Program-made: the position numbers and the translations under genes
Notes under the pieces: model-generated
The model's database searches: none
Seen by the model: only the letters and a program-made list of their open reading frames with translations
Told to the model about the DNA's origin: nothing
Shown here: in pieces, positions 13,768-23,578 of the stretch
Layout of the letters: every line of letters begins with the position of its first letter
Numbering within the stretch: position 1 is the stretch's first letter
Source: Balamuthia mandrillaris
Taxonomy: Eukaryota
NCBI GenBank assembly: GCA_031835245.2
Contig: JAVKOQ020000078.1
Span: 1 to 64,000, forward strand
Direction of reading: 5' to 3'
Length of the DNA: 64,000 nt

Positions 13768-15658
13768 ATGAGTTGGGCGCCCAATCTTGGTCTTCCCTAT
13801 GGAGAAAAATCAAACTACGGGCAGAGCCCCTACGCAAGTGGCCCTGCACCGTATGGTACGCAACCACTTCATCCACTTTCTCTGCATGTCAAATTTGTCT
13901 CTCATACTTAAAGTCCCTTGTTTGCCTATCGCTTTGCTGTGTCTGCCTCATCACAGGTTCCAATTATGGTGGCTCACAAAGCGGTCCAGCCACGGACTAT
14001 GTTGCGTTCCCTTCGATGAGCTCCATCGGTTCAGCCCTGCCTTCCATGACCTCCGTGGCTGGCACCACCTACGACCTGGGTGGCCACTACGCGGCCCCTC
14101 CCTCCTTGGCCTCTCCTCCTACTTCCCAGGGGCATGGCATTGGAGGTGGCCACTACGCAGCTCCACCCGTTGGCCTGGACCACTATGCACAACCGCCGGT
14201 GATGCATGGGGACTATGCCGCCCCTCCTCTTTCGGGAGGCTCACCCTACGCCATGCCTCCTCCTTCCTCCAACTATGCCTCTGCTCCTTCTTCCAATTAT
14301 GGCGCCCCTCCCCCATCTGCGGCCTATGGTGTGCCTCCTTCCTTTTCCAACTACGCCAGTCTTCCAGCGGGGGATCCCTCCTCTGGTTATGCAGCCCCAC
14401 CGCTTGGCGTTGGTAGTGGTCCTCCTTCTGGCGGATCCCCCTATACTGCACCGCCCTCTTCCCACTATGCCACTTCCTCCGATTACAGTTCTTCTCCTTC
14501 TGCTGCCTACGGTGCTCCCCCTCAGGCTTCCTATGGCTACGCTTCCTACGACAGCTCCTCCTCCTCTGCTTCTCCCTCTGCTCCGTCCTCTTCAAACTCT
14601 GGTGGTGGGCGTGCAAGTTCTGCTCCTTCTGCTGCCTATGGCGCTCCTCCTTCTGACTATGCCGATCCTTACTCCTCTGCTCCTCAAAGTGGCAGTGGTA
14701 AAAGTTCTGCCGGGACTACCAATACTGGTGAAAACAAAGGAACGGAGGAGAAGGGCAAGGATAAGTCCGGCTCTGGAAAGTTGAAGCGGAAAGGTTTGAA
14801 GTGGGAGATCGATTACAACGAGCTGGTAATGGAGAAGGAGATCGGCAGAGGTGCTTTTGGTACTGTATTTAAGGGCAAGTGGAGGAACACGCAGGTCGCC
14901 ATCAAAACTATCCGTCAAGATGTTAGTTATCTAAGCGCCAAAGAACTAGATGAATTCAAGAGCGAAGCCAAGTTGATGATGTACGATTTTTTTTCTTCTC
15001 TGTTTCCTCATTTCCCTTCCTTGCTCATTTTTCTTTTTTTTTTTAAAATTGTTTTTCTTTTGCCACTTTGCTTAATTAGGAACATGAGGCCACACGCCAA
15101 CTTGGTTCAGCTGTTTGGAGTTTGTACAAAACCTTTTAATCCTTTGGTAATCGTGCTGGAGTTTCTTGAGGGAGGAAGTCTCTATAACCTCCTGCACAGC
15201 GACAAGGAGCTAGACTTGAAGCTGGCGCTTAGCATTGCTCGTGAGACAGCTGCTGGCATGCACCACCTTCACACAGAGGACATTTGCCATCGGGACCTTG
15301 CTGCCCGCAACCTTTTGGTTCGGTTTCTTTTCTTTGTTTTTCTTTTTGATCGCCTGTTTCTTTGCAACTTATTGAAGTTGTTTCCGTGTAGATAACATCA
15401 CATAATCCTGAGTTTTGCCATGTTAAGATAACTGACTTTGGTATGTCTCGCTTTGCTGACACGGACTCTGACAACTTTACCAAAAACAAGACGGGACCCC
15501 TTAAGTGGATGCCTCCTGTATGTTTTCCTTCCCTTCGTTTTATCCTTCTGCGGCTGTATTGACTTTTGCCCTTTTGTTCATTGCCAATTAGGAATCCATG
15601 CAACACCAAAAGTACAATGCTAAAACAGATGTTTGGAGCTTTGGTGTTGTTTTGTGGT

Positions 15659-15694
<36 letters not shown>

Positions 15695-16264
15695 GTTTGG
15701 CTTGCTTCTCTGCTTGTTGCTCATCCAATCTTTTGAAAATTCCCAAGGGAAATATTTGCACGAAGAGACCCCTATCCAAACGTATCGCCAGTGCAAGTAG
15801 CGATAGAGGTGGCGAGCAAAGGCATGCGGCTGCGTCCTCCCACTGGATGCCCACAGCAAATAGCGCAGCTGATGATGCGCTGTTGGTCCGTGGATCCAAA
15901 CGCCCGGCCTAGCTTTGATGAGATCTGCCGCATTCTTGAAGACTTCTCAAGTACGCTGCTTTATCTTTCCTTTTTCTTCTTTCTGGATGCTAATGCGCCA
16001 ATAATAACTTTAAAAAAAACTCCTACAGAAACACAGCCGTTAAACTACTCGATCACAGCAAACCACAACGAACAAGCTACCTTCTACCCCCAACCTGATG
16101 CCTACACCATGTCCAGGTCCCAAACCCTTCCTCAAATCCGCAGATCCGCTTCTCCTCCTCCGGCAGCTCATGGGGGCGCGGGCTATGGGGCTCAAACCAT
16201 CTCTCACCAGCCACAACGCGGCAGCGGCATTGTTCGTGGCAACACCTCCTCTAACTTTCCTTGA
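13768..16264 (+). CDS. Tyrosine-kinase-type/TKL protein kinase with Tyr/Pro/Ser-rich N-terminal repeats (multi-exon)
   Basis: WEIDYNEL..IGRGAFGTV, VAIK, HRDLAARN, DFGMSR, GPLKWMPP|ES, DVWSFGV, CWSVDPNARPSF. Confidence 0.92.
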
Positions 16265-16751
16265 TGCAACATAGCAAAGACGATGGAGGGAGTTGCGCTT
16301 CAGCGGATAACCTGTTGGAACAACAACAGCAAGAGAGGGCTTTTGTTAGTTTGTTTTTTGTAAACTAAAGCGTCGCAACGATTTTTTTTAAGCCATCGCC
16401 TGCTTGCTCCTTTTTATCTGGCTAAAAAACGTAGATGAAGTGTAACGCAAGAAGAGTGTTATTATGAAGAAAAGAAAAGTTCATCGTCACCTCTTGCCCA
16501 GTAGCTAAGGCCCCATCCCAGCCATGCCAATTCAAGAACCGGCACGCCTTTAGGAGCCCTGAGCAACACGCAAAACAAAAAATTTGGCAAATCGATTGCT
16601 GTGGTTTTTGTTGTGTTGGTTCAAAAAAAACTGTTTTGTTGGAAAATTAAGGTTGTGAAACAGGTCAGGCCTTTCACCGCTTCCTTCCGGCAAAGGAGTT
16701 TTCCACACGCACTCGCAAAACGGGCCACAAAGTTTTTTGCTGTTTGTGTAC

Positions 16752-16834
16752 CTCTCTCTCGTCCTATCTCCCGTCCTCTCTTTCGTCCTATCTCCCGTCC
16801 TCTCTTTCGTCCTATCTCCCGTCCTCTCTTTCGT
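16752..16834. repeat. 24-bp tandem repeat (CTCTCTTTCGTCCTATCTCCCGTC) x ~3.4 upstream of the RRF gene
   Basis: Directly visible tandem copies. Confidence 0.9.
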
Positions 16835-16913
16835 GCTGCTGCTGCTAAGAGAGAGAACAGTTGTTGTCGACGTAGCAGGAGGAAAAAAAAAAGGGTGACC
16901 ACCGGCAAGTGTG

Positions 16914-18155
16914 ATGCGAGGAGGACGTTTGGTTTGCCCGGCCGCGAGCAGTGGAGTTTTGGTAGGAGAAGAAGGCTTTGCCCTTGCAAGAAGGAAGGCG
17001 CCTTTCCCTTCCGCCTTTGCCTCCTCTCGTTCTTGGTTCGGACGGTCGCTCCCTTCCCTGCGACCCTATTCTTCCTCTTCGCTTCTTTTGATCCACCCGC
17101 CTCGCACTCCTTCGCAGTCGCACACTCGCTCTTCTTTGCATGGGGACAGCAACAACGCCTCCTTTGCCTTCAACAGGAGAGACTATGCAAAGGCCAAAGG
17201 AAAAGGCGGCGGCGGAGGCAAGGGCGGCCACAGGGACAGCGCTGAGGAGGGAGAGGAGAGCGTGTTCTCCGCCGACGAGTTCATGGACCAGACGGAGAAA
17301 GACTTGAAGAACTTGTACGAGCGCACTGTCGACTTTCTCAAAGAGGAATTCTCGAAGCTTCGCATCGGCAAGGCCAATCCCGGTTTGTGTTCTTTCCCTC
17401 TCGCGCGGGGAGAAAGGCCATGGTGAACTAACGGTAAACCCGAACACACCAGACATTCTGAAGCGGGTAAAAGTGGAGGGAGCTGCTCTCACTAAGAAAG
17501 CCGAAATACACGCCAGGGACGCGCTCACGCTTGTTGTCACTCCTCTTGACCCTTCTGTATGTGCACCGTTTAATCTCTGTTCCATCCTTATCTCCCTCCT
17601 CTGCTCTTTTCGTTTGATTCTCTTCTCATCGCTCGTTCGCGTGTTCTTGTTCTTGTTCTGCCAAAACAGCAAGTATCCAAGATAGCTAAAGCCATCCTTG
17701 AAACTGAGCCACAACTCAATCCCCAACCTGATAGCGATACTATTGTTATAAAACTGCCGAGGTTTATTTGCTTTGTCCCTTTCTCTTTGCTTTGTTGTTC
17801 ACCGTTATCGTTTTAAACATGCAAGAGGGAGCAAAGAGGCAAGAGACAATCTGGCTAAGCAAGCCAGCAAGTTAGCTGAAGAAGCAAAAGCCAGCATACG
17901 CCGAAACAGGCAGAACACGCTTATCGACGTCAAGAAAAAGAAAGATGCCCTCACCAAAGATGACATGAAGACCCTCGAAAAGAAGGTAATATTCCATAGC
18001 CCTGTTTCTCTCCACTAAGTGCTTAAAACTAACCACATTCTAAAACAAAAATCAAAACATGGAAAAAAACAAAGATTCAAACCTTGACGGATGAGTTTAA
18101 CAGCAAAGTTGAAAGTCTGCTCAAGACAAAGGAAGCTGATATCGAAAAGCAATAA
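16914..18155 (+). CDS. MRRF: Mitochondrial ribosome recycling factor (multi-exon)
   Basis: Arg/Ser-rich presequence, YAKAKGKG, FSKLRIGKANP, LNPQ, AKASIRRNRQ, EKK|IQTLTDEF...KEADI; stop TAA at 18153-18155. Confidence 0.88.
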
Positions 18156-18301
18156 GGATTATCATCACTCACCTTTTGAAAGGCATCGTTTGACTTCTCT
18201 CACCCAAAAAACAAACCATTTCTTTTGAGGCCGAAAGCAACAAAGAGAAAAAAGAAGTAGAACAAAACGAAGAAGGCATACCTGCTGGTGGAGGAGCAAC
18301 A

Positions 18302-19037
18302 GGAGCGGTTTCTCACTTAACATATCTTTTAAGAACGAAATGATAGCAGGATAGATGTCCAAAGGCAGGGAAGGCCAGCAAAAGATTTTGTTGGCCAACC
18401 TGAAAGTAGTGAGCATCAATTCCAATCCGCCTTGCCGCCCCCTGAAGTCGTCCAACAACTTTTGTTTTCGTTTCCATTCCTCTCTGTCCGCTATCTCGTC
18501 CTTCAAGCACTTCTTAAAGATCGAGGGGTAGAATCTCCCTGGCCCCACCCAGTGCTTGCTGTGAATGACGATGCTCTCCTGAGGATCCTTCTTGCTGCGA
18601 AACTGCACCTCAAACTTCAACCTCTTCTTCTGCTTCCTCTGTTTCGCGAGGTTGCTGGCGTAGGCCTTGACCAGGTCTCGCATGCCCTCGTCTCTTACGT
18701 CGAAGGGCGTCTCCAGAACCCACAGCGGCAGATCGGGCACGTCTTTTTGGTTGAGGTACCGCTTCCTTAGGGCCGTCATAGTGCGCTTTACGCTTCCGTC
18801 TTTGACCCCTGCTAAGCACTGGTTGTAGGTCCATCGGCTGGCGCCGAACCACTTGGCCAATACCGCCTTCTGTAGGCTCGTGGGGAAGAGTCGTATCTTC
18901 CTCACTTTGTACTCCTTGGGCTTCGTCGTCGTCGTCATCGTTGTCAGTTCCTCCTCCTCCTCCTCCTCCTTCTTCTTCTTCTTCTTCTCCCCCTCCTGTC
19001 CTTCTGGTTTTGCTGCGCTGGTGTACTTGTTATGTGG
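18302..19037 (-). pseudogene. Fanzor2/TnpB N-terminal half (HTH_OrfB_IS605 / WED-REC), inverted
   Basis: YKVRKIRLFPTSLQKAVLAKWFGASRWTYNQCL, WVLETPFDVRDEGMRDLVKAYASN, FEVQFRSKKDPQESIVIHSKHW...FYPSIF...SEKPL are typical Fanzor2 N-terminal motifs; similarity ends at SEKPL. Confidence 0.85.
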
Positions 19038-19711
19038 GTCCCGAAGGCAAGGCTTATGAGTGGGGACGGAACGATATCGGACGCATCTATCGTATTTGCC
19101 ACTATCTGGACGACCTCCAGAGCCGATGGGGCCAACCAGGCGTCAAAGCCAGACAGCGCTATCGCATGCGAAGGGCAGCGGCCCGATTGAGGGAACGTAT
19201 TCGCAACCTGGTGGACGAGGTACACAAGAAGATGGCCCTCTAGCTGGTCAAGAAACACGACCTGGTGCTGCTGCCCAAGTTCGATACCAGCAACATGGTG
19301 CTCAGGCGGAGCGGGAGACGTATCCCAAGCAAGACCGCCAGAGCCATGCTGGGTTGGGCGCACTACCGCTTTCGCATGCGCTTGCTGAACAAGGCCAGGG
19401 AGTACCCTCACTGCAGGGTGGAGATCGTGGACGAGCACTACACCTCCAAGACCTGTGGAAGATGCGGACGTATCCACCAGAAACTGGGAGGGAAGAAGGT
19501 CTTCCGTTGCCCCCGTTGTCGCCTGGAAGCAGACAGAGACATCCATGCTGCCAGGAACGTCCTTTTGTGTTTCCTGGCACATCAGGACATCATTGTGGCG
19601 AAAGGTAGGGAGCTGTACGGACAGAGTCCGGCAGCATTGGGTCCTACACCCGTGAATGCATCCACCCATTGTGGTGCATTTGTGCAAGATTTGCAAAATG
19701 TGCAAGTTTAA
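19038..19711 (+). pseudogene. Fanzor2/TnpB C-terminal half (REC2, RuvC-II/III, zinc finger) with in-frame TAG
   Basis: PEGKAYEWG...RIRNLVDEVHKKMAL*LVKKHDLVLLPKFDTSNM...KTARAMLGWAHYRFR...VDEHYTSKTCGRCG...FRCPRC...DRDIHAARNV...ALGPTP. Stop at 19241-19243; RuvC-I DPG motif absent. Confidence 0.9.
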
Positions 19712-19737
19712 TGTAGGCGCACTCGTCATCTTTGTTT
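19631..19737 (+). ncRNA. Putative Fanzor omegaRNA (scaffold ~19631-19717, plus flanking guide from 19718; 5' end uncertain)
   Basis: GGGT/ACCC stem (19639-19651) whose CCTAC loop is complementary to GTAGG (19713-19717); hairpins at 19651-19684 and 19687-19709; overlaps the 3' end of the ORF, as omegaRNAs do. Confidence 0.7.
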
Positions 19738-20852
19738 CAGTTTATTTTTATACTAGGAGATGCAGATGAAGAAGATGAGGTGGAAGAAGAAGAACAAAGG
19801 AGGAACATGCGATTCAAAACAGGAACACGAGAGAAGAAGAGTGATGAGACATAGAGCAGAGCGTAAGTGCCACTCACCATCGCCATCAAGTTGAGCCACA
19901 TTTGCTGAGGATGATGTTGGCCAAACAGAAAGAGAAGACGGGCCAACATGAACTCTAACAATGGATGGATCAAGTAGGCGAAGAAGGATGTCCTTCGTAA
20001 CCAGCCTTTGTTCTTCTCTGCCTCCGCTCTTTCTTTTGAGGAGGAAGAAGGACAGCACAGCCGAGAGAGAAGAAAGAGAGAGATTACGCAGTAGACTTTG
20101 CCAACTTCGAAGCGAAAACGAAGAAAGGTTGAAGAAGCAGATGAAGTAAAGGAAGAAGACAAAGTTGTGCCGTTGTCAAAGTAGGTTGCGTAGAAGCCGT
20201 TCAAAAGGATGTAGGTGGGAGCAGTCACATCGTCGAAGAATGGCAAGAACAAAGGATACACAGCGAACCACAATAATGCTATTACTATCATGAAAGCGGG
20301 CGAAGAAGAAGCAGAAGAAGAATACGAAGATGAAGCGAGGTGATCTCTTTCAAAGTTGGCGAAGCAAAAGCCCATCACAAAGAAGAAACCAAACAGGAGG
20401 ATTACAAAGAGGAAGGAAAAGAACGGATGTCGAGTCAAGTTGTTGCTGTCTTCCAACACGATTGTTGCATAAGAAACAAAGAGAGCGAAGAAGAGGATGA
20501 ATGGCAGAAGGGAGGAGAACTGCCTGAATTGTTTGCGAGATGTTCTGCCGCAGCTGAGAAGCGTGCAAGCGAGAAGAGTCATGTAAAAGAGACCTGTGCC
20601 GAAGAGGAGAAATGGAGCGAGCGGCCACGCCGCCAGACAAGCCAATGGAATCCATGCATAGACGAGAAGAGCGGTTGTGGAGAGAGAGGGTCCTTCAATG
20701 TTTTGGTGGTGCTGGTGCTGGCGGCCTTTGGGTCTCGGTCTTGTTCCAGTTAGAGTTGTCGTAGCCGGTGAGGAGGTATGAATGGCCAGAAAGAAAGGGA
20801 GATGAAATGCTGTCAATCCTATTCTCCAAAGCACAAAAGTTAGCTCCTCTTC

Positions 20853-20895
<43 letters not shown>

Positions 20896-21411
20896 AACGA
20901 ACCGAGCAAAACAATGATGAACCAAAGCCATTCAAAGCCTTTGGACGCGAAGCAATGTACAAAGTAGAACGGATAAAAGGCAAAGAGGTTGGAAGGAGCC
21001 ACCACGCCCGCACACTCTGTCTCTGACAGAAACTGTTTCGGCACCACGAAGAGAAAGAGAGCCACAAACACCACAGCCAGATGACTTTTCACCCTGCGAA
21101 GAAGAAAGGCGATGGCGTCTGGATAGATGCGAACAACGGAAGCAGGAGAAGAAGAGGTGAAGAGACTCTTTTTAAGGGAATGGAAGAGGGAGTAGCCGCT
21201 GAGGAAGAAGAGAGAAGGAACGACCCACATGTGGCCACAGAGAAGGAGCGTGTTGAGTGTTGGGCTTTCCTCTGTGAATAGCTCGAGCCCAAAACTGTTC
21301 ACCTCAAAGAACCTGCTCCATTGAGAGAATAAATAAGGAGACAACAACAAGGAGAAAGATGAAAAAACGTGCTGTTGGAAGGACAGGACAGACAGAGAAA
21401 GGAGAAAGGGC

Positions 21412-21458
<47 letters not shown>

Positions 21459-21584
21459 AAAAAGGAGACTAGAATGAAAGAGAAAAGAGAAGAGCAGGCA
21501 CCGAAGTATATGCCCAATGACAACGCCGTGCACAAGGAAAGCACGTAGCACATCCACAGAGAGTACCCTGCCGCCGCCCTCCAT
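19737..21584 (-). CDS. Acyltransferase-3 (OafA/OpgC-like) multi-pass membrane acyltransferase
   Basis: RVLSVDVLRAF..VVIGH, LFFLSGY, WLWF and SFFAYLIHP motifs; many hydrophobic helices; in-frame (CT)n-containing introns. Confidence 0.8.
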
Positions 21585-21806
21585 CCTCCTCCTCCTCCTC
21601 GTGTAACGCGCCCTGCACCTCCTCTGCTGTCGTATCCACCACAACCTAAGCACACCGCGACCACAACCTCTCTGCTGGCGAGGGGTCAAAGAAAGGGCCA
21701 CCAAGTTAGTTAGGAGGTAGTTTCCTTTTAATACAAGGAGGCAATCTCATGCTTTGTTTGTTCCCCATTTAAAAAATATACCAGTGGTGCGAGCGGTCAG
21801 CCACAG

Positions 21807-22919
21807 ATGCAAGGAACGGCTGCTGGTGTGGAAGATAACTCTAATCAGGAGTGCCACCTCTTGCAATTGCTTGGCCCTGTTCGCAAAGTCCCAAAGCAGT
21901 TGATCCTGGAGCGACCACAAGCCTATGCCGCCATTGTGCGGTTTGAAACCGCAGAGGAGGCAAAGGAGATTTACAATAACAAGGATTTTACCTTGTTCGC
22001 TGAGAGCATGCCAGGTACGCAATGTTTACAAAATACTATCAAGAGCATCCACAAATAATGTGGCTAAAGACACCATACAATAACAGGCACACGAGCAATA
22101 TCAGAGATCGAGTATGATAATTTGATGGACGCCACCGAGTCCTTGAAGAAAGCAACCAACAGGCTAGAGGTGTCCGAAACTGTCTTGAGGAAAGCATTCG
22201 ATACCATTGGAGAACTGAAAACTTCCTTAAAGGAAGCAACGGACAGGATTGAGGAGCAAAGCAAGGAGATTGGGGAACTGAAAACCTCCTTGAAGGAAGC
22301 AACGGACAAGATTGAGGAGCAAGATAAGATGATTGGAGCTCTGAAAACTTCCTTGAAGGAAGCAACGGACAGGATTGAGGAGCAAAACAAGGAGATTGGA
22401 GAACTGAAAACCTCCTTGAAGGAAGCAACGGATAAGATTGGAGAGCTGAAAACCTCCTTGAAGGAAGCAACGGACAAGATTGGAGAGCTGAAAACCTCCT
22501 TGAAGGAAGCAACGGACAAGATTGAGGAGCAAAGCAAGGAGATTGGGGAACTGAAAACCTCCTTGAAGGAAGCAACGGACAAGATTGAGGTGCAAGATAA
22601 GATGATTGGAGCTCTGAAAACTTCCTTGAAGGAAGCAACGGACAAGATTGAGGAGCAAAGCAAGGAGATTGGAGAACTGAAACCCTCCTTGAAGGAGGCA
22701 ACAGGCAAGATTGAGGAGCAAGATAAGATGATTGGAGCTCTAAAAACTTACGCGAGAGAAACAGCCAACGACCTCAGGGTAACCAAGGAGCAGGTTGTTG
22801 TACTGAATGGCATTGTGAAAAATCATTGCAACGAGAATTTGGCCTCCCTTGTGGAACAGGCACTGTCATTTGAGGAACGAACAAGTGAGCCAGAAAAGCA
22901 AACGGAAGAGGAGAAGTAG
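21807..22919 (+). CDS. Hypothetical protein: RRM-like N-terminal segment plus heptad-repeat coiled coil (start uncertain)
   Basis: YAAIVRFETAEEAKE resembles RNP1 plus helix; intron ~22015-22086 joins it in frame to the repeat ORF 22122-22919. Confidence 0.6.
22206..22748 (+). repeat. Coding tandem repeat: seven 63-bp units, two 42-bp units and a partial unit (IGELKTSLKEATDKIEEQSKE)
   Basis: Near-identical nucleotide units directly visible. Confidence 0.95.
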
Positions 22920-23179
22920 CAAACGAGAGAAGCAAGGTCTTCATAGTAGCCGTGAAGGAAAGAGAGAAGAGAGAAGAGAGAACCAATCTTGGTGTTTTCC
23001 GAACTGTTTGTTCTCTCTTCTCTCTTCTCCTTATGGTTTGTTCTCTTTTCTCTCTTACCAAGAGAAGGGAGAAGAGAGAACGAATCTTGTCATGAAGGAC
23101 AACACCCGCCGGAGAAGAGGCAAGACAGAAAAACAACCAAATACAATTGTCGATTATAAAGGCATGAATAAAAGAACCA

Positions 23180-23534
23180 TCAAACCAGGGCAACTTTCTC
23201 GCCGTAGCCAAACAGAATATGTGGGCTCAAAGGCCTAAAACCGAGCTTCTTGAACATGGTCGCTATCTCTGCAAGGCTTTTATAATGTACATCCTGATCG
23301 CTGTCAGGATTCTCCATGTCCATTCCCGAGAAGAGGCCTGTTTGCGGGTTGTAGGTGATACTGATGAGAAACGTGCTGGTCTTTTCTTGTCCGTCCTCGT
23401 CGTAGTCGTTGTAGGAGAAGACGAACGTCGAGTCCTCAACCCCAAAGCTCACAATAAAAGTTTGAGGTGGAACAGAACTGAGGAGATTCTCCTCTTCTTC
23501 TGGTAGTAACGCGCCCATAAACCAACTTGTTGAG

Positions 23535-23578
<44 letters not shown>

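Larger units (their letters stand above)
18230..19717. mobile_element. Rearranged IS607-derived Fanzor2 element (left boundary approximate)
   Basis: Intronless, GC-richer block between convergent host genes containing both halves of a TnpB/Fanzor ORF and ending in a structured RNA-like right end ...TAATGTAGG. No TnpA resolvase ORF seen. Confidence 0.75.

Noticed and set aside
16708..16715. 8-nt match (CGCACTCG) to the start of the predicted Fanzor guide
   Set aside because: Too short to exceed chance in 64 kb, and the match stops immediately.
18165..18301. C-terminal tail of the 257-aa ORF (LLLLHQQVCLLRF...) and a GTATGC donor-like site, suggesting spliced rescue of the Fanzor
   Set aside because: This is read-through past the inversion breakpoint; no exon with the missing RuvC-I segment lies downstream on that strand (the antisense RRF gene follows).
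18944..19729. 261-aa minus-strand ORF and 182-aa alternate-frame ORF (19060-19608) over the Fanzor C-half
   Set aside because: Shadow frames of GC-rich coding sequence; no IS607 TnpA (serine resolvase) or other motifs.
22206..22748. Regularly spaced repeats resembling a CRISPR array
   Set aside because: The units are contiguous and in frame with no unique spacers; eukaryotic context with no cas genes.
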